Assembly: GCF_009914755.1 (NCBI RefSeq)
Contig: NC_060925.1
Strand: one strand, 5' to 3'
DNA length: 64,000 nucleotides
Source of the DNA: the human T2T-CHM13v2.0 reference genome, Homo sapiens
The position numbers and the translations under genes were made by a program. A model generated the notes under the pieces. That model ran no database searches. It saw nothing but the letters and a program-made list of their open reading frames with translations, and had not been told where the DNA came from. This document shows, piece by piece, positions 28,895 through 41,351 of the stretch; positions within the stretch are counted from its first letter, which is position 1, and each line of letters starts with the position of its first letter.

Positions 28895-31800
28895 TACTTT
28901 GAGATTTTACAAAATTTTACTGTCTTATTTTCTATCAGAAAATAAATTATATTTAAATACTTAGTAACACAAAGTTTTTAATAAGAAAACTATTAAAATT
29001 GGCCAATTTTTGTAATTAGGCCTCTTAGTTGTGTAAGGCTTTCTCCATTTTTATATGTGTATCTTAATAGGATGTTGTTTATCTCTCATATTGTAGGAAT
29101 GTGAAGACCCTCACACATAGTCTTTACCTCACAGATATGTTCTACCAATAAGGGTTAGCTATTCTATAAAGTTATTCATCACTTATAAAATGATAATTTT
29201 TGTGTGTGCATGTTTTGAAATGACTGTGGCCTCCTCATTGGTTTCCAATAGCTTACAATGCTTTTTAAATGTCACCTCTTGAAAACTAGTTAAACTAAAA
29301 CCAAAATAATTCTGTCTTCATGTCAAGCCTTTTAGTGCCTGTAGTGCCACCAAAAGGCAATCACCACTTACTTTGAGATTTAGCATATTAGGATCAGAGA
29401 TGGTTAGCCTAATTAATCTGAAGGAGGCAGGCTAATTTTTTGATGGTGGTTATTTTCCCTTTAAAAATGAGAGGCATAAGCTATGGCTGAAGCTACATGA
29501 TAATGTGTGCAATGTTCATAGGCTGTTTTGCTCAGGTGGTTTCAGAGAAAAACAGGATTTTTCACTCTTCCCCTATTCTCAAGCCGCCCCTGCTGGGTCA
29601 GCAGGGTGATTATGTCTGTTTCAGTAGTCTGCAATACTCTCATCTCACTTGGAAGTGTTGCATACAAATCATCCATTAAAAGAGTAGACTAAAAGATATC
29701 ATTGAATGCTGTTTTAAGATTCGGTAGATGCCTTTCCAATTTTGTGTAGCTTCAGGGGAGGCATCCCTGAAAACTGCCTTTATTTAAAGGTTCTCTTATT
29801 TCCTAATTCATAAATCCATTTTCTCTTAAACATCATTTCCCTTTTTTCTTTGTACACCATCATAGTGAAGCAGGGATACAAGACTTCTTTAATATCAGGG
29901 GCTGCATGCAGATTTGGAGTCAGTCATTTTGTGTTAAAACATTCTACAACTAAATCTGACCTACATGAAATTTAGTCTTAGTGTATAACCTGTTTTGGGT
30001 CATAGGCTTTGACTTAGTTGTCACGGAAAGAGAAAGTATGACATAGTTTATGTGACAGATCTTTTAGTCTCACTAAATATGTCAAATTTAAAAATACATT
30101 TCTTATATTTATAAACTTTTCTTCCTAATTTTTCTGATATTAAATAATTGTCTTATTTTTGGCTAGACTACTATGTTGAAATACTATTCTTTAAATAACA
30201 GCTGCCTACAGCAGTGCCAAAATTGTATACAATTACGTAACTTTAATAATATTTGAGTATGTATTCATTTACTTTACTGAACATTAGCTAATTCACATTT
30301 GTTTAGAAAACATTATACTATTACCAGTCTTGTACAATTATTATAGTTAAAATAGTAAATATAATTTAAAATAACATAAAAATAATTTGTTTGCCATTTT
30401 ATAAGAAGAAAATGTGTTCCTTTAAAGTTTAGATTTATAGTTTTTTTGGAGAACTAAATATTCATGTTCTATACTTGAAACTATTTTTAAAGTTATTAAG
30501 TGAATGAAAGAAAAACATTTGTAGGTTTTAACACTGACTAGATTTACAACCTTGAATATAATAGTAAGATCAGTTTATTTGTAAAAGTTCATCAAGCTTG
30601 ATGTTTGTCTGTATATTGAGTAGGGCAAGATTTTAACTGAATTTTTCCCACTATGCTACATATAAGGAATAGAACTCTGGGCTCTCAATCACACAATCAT
30701 TTGTTATGTTCTTTGGTTAAGGATTCTTCAAAAAGCTACTAAGTCATCTTTTGCCAGCATTACAAAAGAGCTATATTCCTTGATTAATTGAATGCAAAGG
30801 AATATTATTTCACATCCAGATGATACTTGGCTTTCAGTTTATTCTCAAGTCAAATACTACTCACTATTTCTCAACAACCCATCTTTTGGCATGTCTTAGT
30901 CCATTCTTGGTTCTTGTATTGCTATAAAAGAATACCTGAGACTGGATAATTTATAAGGAAAAGTGGTTTATTTTGGCACATGTTTCTTCTGGCTGTACAG
31001 GAATTGTGATGCTGGTATCTGCTTTTGTTGAGGCCTCAGGAAGCTTCCAGTCATGACAGAAGAAGAAGGAGCAGGCATATCACATAATGAGAGCAGGAGC
31101 AAGAGATGGAGGTGTGGGGAGGTTCCATACTCTTTTCAACAACTAGATATCACACGAGTTAACTGAGAAAGAACTCACTTACCACCAAGGGGATGTTAAG
31201 CCGTTTATGAAGGATCCACCTCCATAATCCAATCACCTCCCACAAGACCCTCCTCCAACATTGGGGGTTACATTTCAACATGAGATTTGGAGGCAATAGA
31301 CATCTAAACCACATAATTCTACCTCTGGCTTGCTCCTCAAACCTCATGCTTTTCTTCCATTGTGAAAAGAACAATCATCCCTTCTCAATAGTTTCCCCAA
31401 ATCTTAACTCATTCCAGCATCAATGAAAAGTCCAAAGTCCAAAGTTTCATCTCAGCACACATGAGCCTGTGTGCTCCATGAGACTCCTTCCACATATGAG
31501 CCTGTAAAATGAAAACTATGTTATTTACTTCCAAGATATAATGATGGTATACTCATTGACTAGACATTCCCATTCCAAAAGGGAGAAATAGGCCAAATAA
31601 AGGGTCAGTAGGCCCCAAACAAGTCTGAAGCCAGGCAGAGTGATCATTAAATCTTAAATCTCCAAAATACTATTCTTTCACTTCATGTCTTGCATCCAGG
31701 GAACATTTATGCAAGGGGTAGGCTCCCAAGGACCTGCGCAGCTCTGCCCCTTTAGCTTTGCAGGGTGTAGCCCCCATGGCTGCTTTCATAGGTTGGAGTA

Positions 31801-33049
31801 TGGTGCCTGTGACTTTTCCAGGCTAAGAGTGCAAGGTACTGGTGTTTCTACCTTTCTTGGGTCTGAGGGTTGCAGCCCATTTCCTGCAGCTCCACTAGGC
31901 AGTATCCCAGTGGGGACTCTGTTTGGGGGCTCCAACGCTACATTTCTCCTCTGTACTGCTCTAGTAGAGGCTCTCTGTGAGGGTTATGCCCCTGTGGCAG
32001 GCTTCTGTCTGGGCACCCAGACTTTTTCATACATTCTTTGAAATCTACAGGGAAGCTACCAGGCCTCCTTCATGCTTGCATTTGTGCACCTACAAATTTC
32101 ATGCCATGTGGAAGCTGCCAAGGCTTAGGGCTTGTGCCCTCTGGAGTAGTGGCCTGAACTGTCTGGGGCCCTTTGAGCTGTGGCTGGAGTTAGACTAGCC
32201 AGGGTTCAGGAAACAGTGTCTTGAGGCTGAGCAGGACAACAGGGCCCTGGGCCTGTCTCCTGAAACCATTCTTCCCTTTTAGGCCTCTGGGCCTGTGATA
32301 GGAGGGGCTGGCTTCAATATCTCTGAAATGCCTCTGAAACCTTTTCCATTGTCTTGGATATTAGCACTCTAGCTCCCTTTTAATCATGCTAATCTCTACA
32401 GCTAGTGATCGTTCCATAGCCTGCTTGTATTGCTCTCCTGAAAATGCTTTTTTCTTTCTTTACCACATAGCTAGGCTGCAAATCCTTCAAACATTCACCC
32501 TCTGCTACCCTTTTAAATTTAAGTTCCAACTGTAAGTTATTTCTTTGCTTCAGTATCTGATCATAGGCTGCTAGAAGTAGCCAGGCCACATCTTGAATGC
32601 TTTGCTCCTTAGAAATTTCTTCCACCGGATTCCCTAAGTTATCACTCTTAAGTTCAAACTTCTACAGATCCCTAGGACATGGACACAATGCAGCCAAGTT
32701 CTTTGCTACAGCATAACACAGGTGACCTCTACTATAGTTTCCAATAAAGTTCTCACTTCCGTCTGAGACCTTGTCAGCCTGGCCTTCACTGTCAATATTT
32801 CTATTAGCATTTTGGTTACAACCCCTTAAAAAGTCTCTAAGAAGTTCCAAACTTTCCCTTGTCTTCCTGTATTCTTTTGAGACCTCCAAATTCTTCCACC
32901 CTCTGCCCATTACCCAGTTCCAAAGCTGCTTCCACATTTTCAGATATCTTTATAGCAATGCCCCACTCCTCAGTATTAATTTTCTGTGTTAATCTGTTTA
33001 CGTGTTGCTATAAAGAAATACTTGAGACAGGGTAATTTATAAAGAAAAG

Positions 33050-33482
33050 TGTCAGGCCTCTGAGCCCAAGCTAAGCCATCATATCCCTTGTGACCTGCAC
33101 GTATACATCCAGACGGCCTGAAGCAACTGAAGATCCACAAAAGAAGTGAAAATAGCCTTAACTGATGACATTCCATCATTGTGATTTGTTTCTGCTCCAC
33201 CCTAACTGATCAATGTACTTTGTAATCTCCCCCACCCTTAAGAAGGCTCTTTGTAATTCTCCCCACCCTTGAGAATGTACTTTGTGCGATCCACCCCTTG
33301 TCCACAAAACATTGCTCCTAATTCCACCATCTACCCCAAAATCTATAAGAACTAATGATAATCCCATCACACTTTGCTGACTCCTTTTTCAGACTCAGCC
33401 AGCCTGCACCCAGGTGAAATAAACAGCCTTGTTGCTCACACAAAGCCTGTTTGGTGGTCTTTTCACATGGACACGTGAGACA
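33050..33482 (+). promoter_or_regulatory. 5' LTR (LTR7 family, type II/LTR7B-like)
   Basis: Starts TGTCAGGCCTCTGAGCCCAAG; duplicated 'ccccacccttRagaa' block; TATAA at 33344-33348; AATAAA at 33418-33423. Confidence 0.92.
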
Positions 33483-33484
33483 TT

Positions 33485-33502
33485 TGGTGCCAAAGACCTG
33501 GG
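33485..33502 (+). promoter_or_regulatory. Primer-binding site (tRNA-Phe-like variant)
   Basis: TGGTGCCAAAGACCTGGG begins 2 nt after the 5' LTR. Confidence 0.75.
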
Positions 33503-33622
33503 TCAGCGGGACTCCTTTGGGAGACCAGTCCCCTGTCCTCACCCTCACTCCATGAAGAGATCTATCTATGACCTCGGGTCCTCAGACCAACCAGCCCAAG
33601 GAACATCTCACCTATTTTAAAT

Positions 33623-33631
33623 TGGGTAAGC
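33623..33631 (+). promoter_or_regulatory. HERV-H major splice donor
   Basis: TGG/GTAAGC lies ~140 nt after the 5' LTR, with GT at 33626. Confidence 0.7.
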
Positions 33632-34015
33632 AGTCTCTTTTTACTCTCTTCTCCAACCTCTCTCACTATCCCTCAACCTCTTTCTCCTTTCAATCTTGGC
33701 ACCACCCTTCAATCTCTCCCTTCTCTTAATTTCAATTCCTTTCATTTTCTGGTAGACAAAGGAGACACATTTTATCTGTGGACCCAAAACTCCGGCGCCG
33801 GTCACAGACTCAGGAAGGCAGCCTTCCCTTGGTGTTTAGTCATTGTGGGGATGCCTGCTTGATTATTCACCCACATTTCAGAGGTGTCTGATCATGTGGG
33901 AATGCCTGCCTTGGTCATTCACCCTTAGCAGCAAGCTCCACTTTTCGGGGGGGCAAGCACCCCCCACCCCTTCTCCCATGTCTCTACCCTTCTCTTTAAA
34001 CTTGCCTCCTTCACT

Positions 34016-35628
34016 ATGGGCAACCTTCCACCCTCCATTCCTCCTTCTTCTCCCTTAGCCTGTGTTCTCAAGAACTTAAAACCTCTTCAACTCTCGCCTG
34101 ACCTAAAATCTAAGCATCTTATTTTCTTCTGCAATGCTGCTTGGTCCCAATACAAACTCGACAATGGTTCTAAATGGCCAGAAAAAGGCACTTTTGATTT
34201 CTCCATCTTACGAAATTTTTGTCGAAAAATGGGCAATTGGTCTGAGGTGCCTTACATCCAGGCATTTTTCACACTTTGTTTCCTCCCTAGTCTCTGTTCC
34301 CAATGCAACTCATCCCAAATCCTCCTTCTTTCCCTCCCGCCTGTCCCTTCAGTCCCAACCCCAAGTGTCGCTGAGTCTCGTGAATCTTCCTTTTATACTG
34401 ACCAATCTGACCTCTCACCTCCTCCCCAGACTGCTCCTCCTCAGGTCGCTCCCCGCCAGGCTGAATCAGGCTCCAACTCTTCTTCAGCCTCTGCTCCCCA
34501 ACCCTATAACCCTTCTATTACCTCCCCTCCCCACACCCAGTCTTGTTTACAGTTTCATTCTGTGACTAGCTCTCCCCAACCTGCCCAACAATTTTCTCTT
34601 AGAGAGGTGGCTGGAGCTGAAGGCATAGTCAGGGTACATGTGCCTTTTTCTCTATCAGACCTTTCCCAAATCAGCCAGCATTTAGGTTCTTTCTCATCAG
34701 ACCCCACTAAATATGTACAGGAATTCCGATATCCTACAATTTAACCTGGAGTGACTTAAATGTCATCCTAACTTCTACCCTCTCCCCAGATGAACAGGAA
34801 AGAGTTTTTTCTCTAGCCCAATCTCATGCTGACAACTGCCAGCTCCATGAGCCAGACCTCCAGGAAGGCATTAGAGCAGTTCCCCAAGAGGATCCCCAAT
34901 GGAACTATCAGGCAGATTCCCCAGGTATAGCTAGTTGAGATTACATGATTTCCTGCCTAGTTGAAGGGTTTAAAAAGGCAGTTTACAAAGCTGTTAATTA
35001 TGACAAGCTTAAAGAAACTACCCAAGGTAAAGATGAAAACCGAGCCTAGCTCATGGCCCACTTAGCAGCAACCCTTAGATGCTTTACTGCCCTAGATCCA
35101 GAGGGGCCAGAAGGCCGCCTTATTCTTAATATGCATTTTATCACCCAATCCACTCCTGACATTAGGAAAAAACTTCAAAAATTATAATCCAGCCCTCAGA
35201 CCCCACAACAGCAATTAATCAACCTTGCCTTCAAGGTGTACAATAATAGAGAGGAGGCAGCCAGACAGCAACGCATTTCCGAGTTACAATTACTTGCCTC
35301 CGCTGTGAGACAAAACCCAGCCGCACCTCCAGCATACAAGAACTTCAAAATGCCTAAGCCGCACACACCTAAGCTACAGCAGTCAAGCATTCTTACAAGA
35401 CTTCCTCCATCAGGATCTTGCTTCAAGCGCCAGAAATCTGGCCACTGGGCCAAGGAATGCCTGCAGCCCGGGACTCCTCCCAAGCCATGTCCCACCTGTG
35501 CAGGGACCCACTGGAAATCAGACTGTCCAGCTCACCCGGCAGCCACTCCTAGAGCCCCTAAAGCTCTGGTCCAAGGCTCTCTGACTAACTCCTTCCCAGA
35601 TCTGCTCAGCTTAGAGGCTGAAGACTGA
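34016..35628 (+). pseudogene. gag: HERV-H gag (disrupted)
   Basis: Starts MGNLPPSIPPSSPLAC. The 242-aa N-terminal ORF is followed by frameshifts and stops. NC knuckles are CFKRQKSGHWAKEC (one Cys lost) and CPTCAGTHWKSDC. Confidence 0.92.
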
Positions 35629-38600
35629 TGCTGCCCGATCGCCTCGGAAGCCCCCTGGACCATCACGGACGCCAAGCTTTGGGTAACTCTTACAGTGGAG
35701 GGTAAGTCCCTCCCCTGTTTAATCGATATGGGGGCTACCCACTCCACATTACCTTCTTTTCAAGGGCCTGTTTCCCTTGCCTCCATAACTTTTGTGGGTA
35801 TTGATCGCCAAGCTTCAAAACCCCTTAAAACTCCCCCACTCTGGGGCCAACTTGGACAACATTGTTTTATGCATTCTTTTTTAGTTATCGCTACCTTCCC
35901 AGTTCCCTTATTAGGCTGAGACATTTTAACCAAATTATCTGCTTCCCTGACTATTCCTGGACTACAGCCACTTCTTATTGCTGCCCTTCTTCCCAAACCA
36001 AAGCCTCCTTTGTGTCTTCCTGTCATATCCCCCCACCTTAACCCACAACTATGGGACATCTGTACTCCCTCCCTGGCAACTGATCACATGCCCATCACCA
36101 TCCCATTAAAACCTAATCACTCTTACCCCGCTCAAAGCCAGTATCCCATCCCACAGCATGCTTTAAAAGGATTAAAGCCTGTTATCACTCGCCTCTTACA
36201 GCATGGGCTTCTAAAACCTATAAATTATCCTTACAATTCCCCCATTTTACCTGTCCAAAAACCAGACGAGTCTTACAGGTTAATTCAGGATCTGTGCCTT
36301 ATCAACCAAATTGTTTTGCCTGTCCACCTTGTAGTGCCCAACCCGTACACTCTTTTGTCCTCAATACCTTCCTCCACAGCTGACTATTCCGTTCTTGACC
36401 TTAAAGATGCTTTTTTTCACTGTTCCCCTGCACCCCTCATCCCAGCCTCTCTTTGCTTTTACCTGGACTGACCCTGACACCCATCAGTCCCAGCAGCTTA
36501 CCTGGGCTGTGCTGCCGCAAGTCTTCAGGGACAGCCCTCATTACTTCAGCCAAGCTGTTTATCATGATTTACTTTCTTTCCACCTCTCCGCTTCTCACCT
36601 TATTCAATATATTGAGGACCTTCTACTTTGTAGCCCCTTCTTTGAATCTTCTCAACAAGACACCCTCCTGCTTCTTCAACATTTATTCTCCAAAGGATAT
36701 TGGGTATCCCCCTCAAAAGCTCAAATTTCTTCCCCATCCATTACCTACCTCGGCATAATTCTTCATGAAAACACACGTGCTCTCACTGCCGATTGTGTCC
36801 AACTGACCTCTCAAACCCCAACACCGTCTATAAACAACAACTCCTTTCCTTCCTAGGCATGGTTGGATACTTTTGACTTTAGATACCTGGTTTTGCCATC
36901 CTAACAAAACCATTATATAAACTCACAAAAGGAAACCTAGCTGACCTCATAGATCCTAAATCCTTTCCCCACTCCTCTTTCCGTTCCTTGAAGACAGCTT
37001 TAGAGACTGCCCCCATACTAACTCTCTCTGACTCATCCCAACCCTTATCATTATACAGAGCCGAAGCGCAGGGCTGTGCAGTCAGAATTCTTACACAAGG
37101 ACCAAGACCACGCCCTGTAGCCTTTTTGTCCAAACAATTTGACCTTACTGTTTTAGGCTGGCCATCATGTCTCCATGCAGCGGCTGCCACTGCCCTAATA
37201 TTTTTAGAGGCCCTCAAAATCACAAACTATGCTCAACTCACTCTCTACAGCTCTCATAACTTCAAAAATCTATTTTCTTCCTCACACCTGACACATATAC
37301 TTTCTGCTCCCTGGCTCCTTCAACTATACTCACTCTTTGTTGAGTCTCCCACAATTACCATTGTTCCTGTCCTAGACTTCAGTCTGGCCTCCCACATTAT
37401 TCCAGATACTGCACCTGACCCCATGATTGTTTCTCTGCGATCCACCTGACATTCACCCCATTTTCCCATATTTCCTTCTTTCCTGTTCCTCACCCTGATC
37501 ACATTTGGTTTATTGATGGCAGTTCCACCAGGCCTAATCGCCACTCACTAGCATAGGCAGGGTATGCTATAGTATCTTCCACATCTATCATTGAGGCTAC
37601 TGCTCTGCCCGCCTCCACTACCTCTCAGCAAGCAGAACTCATTGCCTTAACTCCAGCCCTCACCCTTGCAAAGGGACTACATATCAATATTTATACTGAC
37701 TCTAAATATGCCTTCCATATCCTGCACCACCATGCTGTTGTATGGGCTGAAAGAGGTTTCCTCACTATGCAAGGGTCCTCCATCATTAATGCCTCTTTAA
37801 TAAAAACTCTTCTCAAGGCTGCTTTACTTCCAAAAGAAGCTGGAGTCATTCACTGCAAGGGCCACCAAAAGGCATCAGATCCCATCGCTCAGGGCAACAC
37901 GTATGCTGATAAGGTAGCTAAAGAAGCAGCTAGAATTCCAACTTCTGTCCCTCACAGCCAGTTTTTCTCTTTCTCATCGGTCACTCCCACCTACTCCCCT
38001 GCTGAAACTTCTGCCTATCAATCTCTTCCCACACAAGGCAAATGGTTCTTAGACCAAGGAAAATATCTCCTTCCAGCCTCACAGGCCCATTCTATTCTGT
38101 CATCATTTCACAACCTCTTCCATGTAGGTTACAAGCCGCTAGCCTGCCTCTTAGAACCTCTCATTTCCTTTCCATCGTGGAAATCTATCCTCAAGGAAAT
38201 CACTTCTCAGTGTTCCATCTGATATTCTACTACCTACCCCTCATGGATTGTTCAGGCCCCCTCCCTTTCCTACACATCAAGCTCAGGGATTTGCCCTGCC
38301 CAGGACTGGCAAATTGACTTACATGCCCCAAGTCAGGAAACTAAAATACCTCTTGGTCTGGGTAGACACTTTCACTGGATGGGTAGAGGTCTTTCCCACA
38401 GGGTCTGAGAAGGCCACTGTGGTCATTTCTTCCCTTCTGTCAGACATAATTCCTCAGTTTGGCCTTCCCACCTCTACACAGTCTAATAATGGACTGGCCC
38501 TTATTAGTCAAATCACCCAAGCAGTTTCTCAGGCTCTTGGTATTCAGTGGAACCTTCATACTCCTTATTGTCCTCAATCTTCAGGAAAGGTAGAACGGAC

Positions 38601-39145
38601 TAATGGTCTTTTAAAGACACACTTCACCAAGCTCAGCCTCCAACTTAAAAAGGACTGGACAGTACTTTTTACCTCTTGCCCTTCTCAGAATTAGAGCCTG
38701 TCCTCGAGATGCTACAGGGTACAGTCCCTTTGAACTTTTATATGGACGCACATTCTTACTCGGCCCCAACCTCATCCCAGACACCAGCCCTCTAGGAGAC
38801 TATCTTCCAGTCCTCCAGCAGGCTAGACAGGAAATTCGCCCTGCTGCTAATCTTCTCTTGCCTACTCCAGATTCCCAGCCACAGGAAGACACCCTAGCTG
38901 GACGATCAGTTCTTGTTAAGAATCTGACCCCTCAAACTCTACAACCTCGATGAACCAGACCCTATTTAGTCATCTATAGTACTCTAACCACTATCCACCT
39001 ATAGGACCCTCCCCACTGGGTTCACCATTCCAGGATAAAGCTGTGTCTGTCAGCCAGCCAGCCTGATATCTCCTCTTCCTCCTGGAAGTCGCAAGTACTC
39101 TCCCCTACTTCCCTTAAACTCACTCACATTTCTGAAGAACAATAA
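35629..39145 (+). pseudogene. pol: HERV-H pro-pol (PR, RT, RNase H, IN; disrupted)
   Basis: PR LIDMGAT (DTG changed to DMG); RT LDLKDAFF and YIED (YxDD lost); RNase H 'WFIDGSS' and 'IYTDSKY'; IN WVDTFTGW and GKVERTNG. Multiple stops and frameshifts; the frame ends ...SEEQ* at 39145. Confidence 0.92.
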
Positions 39146-39439
39146 GAACCCTTATGAGCTTAATACATCCCTTCATTCTATTAGGTCTATCCATCCTTAC
39201 CCTACTCTTTGCAACAGGGCTTTACACAGTCACCCCCACTACTTAGACTGCGCCCCAAAAAGTTGTCATTCCTACTATATTCTGTCTAGTCATACTCCTA
39301 TTCACCATTCTCAACTACTCATAAATGACCTGCTCTTGTTTACACTGCCGGTTTACATTGTTCCTCCAAGACATCACAGCTGATATCTTCTGGTGCTATC
39401 CCCAAACCGCCACTCTTGACTCCCTCTTAGAGTGGATAG

Positions 39440-41190
39440 ATGATTTTTGGTGGTAGGGCATCCTCCAATACTTCCACCCTGATGAAGTTCTATTCTTTAG
39501 TTTTCTACTCACTCTTATTCTCATTCCCATTCTTATGCCACTCTCTACCTCTCCCTAGTTACCTCCAGCATGCTGTCAATCTCACCCACTCTCTCCTCAC
39601 TGCCTCCAATCCTTCTCTAGCAAAGGGTTGTTGGCTATGCATTTCCCTTTCTTCCTGCTTTTACACAGCCATCCCCACGCTACAGGCTGACTGGGCTACC
39701 TGCCCCATCTCCCTACACCTCAGAACCTCCTTTAATAGCCCTCATCTGTACCCACCTGAGGAACTTCTTTACTTTCTAGACAGATTTGGTGAGAACTCTC
39801 CAGACATTTCACACCAACAAGCTGCCACACTTTTCCGCATCTACTTACGGCAACTTTCTCCTTATGTCAGTTTCACCCGCCCCATATTTGGATCCCTAAC
39901 CACACAAACAACTATCCCTGTTGCCATTCCTTTATGCATCTCCCAACAACAGCCTACTGGAATCCCTTTAGGCAACCTTCCACTGTCCAAATGTTCCTTT
40001 ACTCTTTATCTCCAGAACCCAGCCACACACATTACCAAACAGATGGGAGCATTCCAACTTCACATTACTGATAAGCCCTCTATCATTACTGACAAACTAA
40101 AAAACATTGGCAGTCACTATTGTTCAGGAAGACACCTACCCTGCATCTCACTACATCCTTGGCTACCCTCCCGCTGCTCGTCTGAATCTCCTCCTAGCCC
40201 TTCCTCTTGCTTTCTTATACCCAGCCCCATAAATAGCAGTGAAAGGTTACTTGTAGACACTATGTGCTTTCTCATACAGCATGAAAACTGAACCCCTCGC
40301 TATACGCAGTTGCACCATCAATCCCCATTACAACCTCTAATGGCTGCTGCCCTTGCTGGATCTCTAGGATTTTGGGTGTAGGATTCCTCTTTCAGTACAC
40401 CCTCTCACCTTTTCACTTTACATTTCCAGTTCTGCCTGACACAAGGTCTCTTCTTTTTATGTGGCTCTTCCACCTATGTGTGCCTACCTGCCAACTGGAT
40501 GGGCACATGTACTCTAGTTTTCCTTACCCCCAAAATCCAGTTTGCAGATGGGAATGAACAACTGCCTGTCCCCCTCATGACATCAACATGACAAAAAAGA
40601 GTCATCCCACTAGTCCCTTTACTTGTGGGTCTAGGACTTTCTGCCTGCACTATTGCACTTGGAACTGGAATAGCAGGCATCTCAACCACTGCCACAACAT
40701 TCTGCAGCCTCTCTAATGACTTCTCTGCTATCATTACAAATATATCACAAACTTTATCGTTCTCCAAGCCCAGGTTGACTCTTTAGCTGCAGTTGTCCTC
40801 CAGAACCGCCGAGACCTCGATTTACTCACTGCTGAAAAAGGAGGACTGTATATATTTTTAAATGAAGAGTGTTGTTTTTACCTAAATCAATCTGGCCTGG
40901 TATATGACAACATAAAAAACTCAAGGATAGAGCCCAAAAACTCGCCAACTAAGCAAACAATAACATTGAACCCCCTTGGACACTCTCTAATTGGACGTCC
41001 TGGGTGCTCCCAATTCTTAGTCCTTTAACACCTATTTTTCTCCTTCTCTTATTTGGACCTTGTGTCTTTCATTTAGTTTCTCAATTCATACAAAACTGCA
41101 TCCAGGCCATCACCAATAATTCTGTATGACAAATGTTCCTTCTAACAACCCCACAATATCACCTTACCCCAAAATCTTCCTTCAGCTTAA
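39440..41190 (+). pseudogene. env: HERV-H env (full span, disrupted)
   Basis: Starts MIFGGRASSNTSTLMKFYSL; CWLC motif; in-frame stops at 40289, 40379 and 40589 (the last in the furin site *QKR). Fusion peptide VIPLVPLLVGLGL; ISD LQNRRDLDLLTAEKGGL (40798-40848) after a 1-nt deletion near 40758. Confidence 0.93.
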
Positions 41191-41351
41191 TATCTCCCAC
41201 TCTAGGTTCCCACATCGCCCCTAATCCCTCTTGAAGCAGCCCTGAGAGACATCGCCAATTATCTCTCCCTCCCACCCCCCAAAATTTTCGCTGACCCAAC
41301 ACTTCACCACTATTTTGTTTTGCTTTTCTTAGTCATATAAGAAGACAGGAA

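Noticed and set aside
31685-32992. ORFs within the MST internal region
   Set aside because: Fragments of decayed MaLR internal sequence with many stops; no intact gag-like ORF.
35629-39145. Functional HERV-H protease, RT or integrase
   Set aside because: Catalytic motifs are altered (DMG, YIED, SNNG) and the frame is broken repeatedly.
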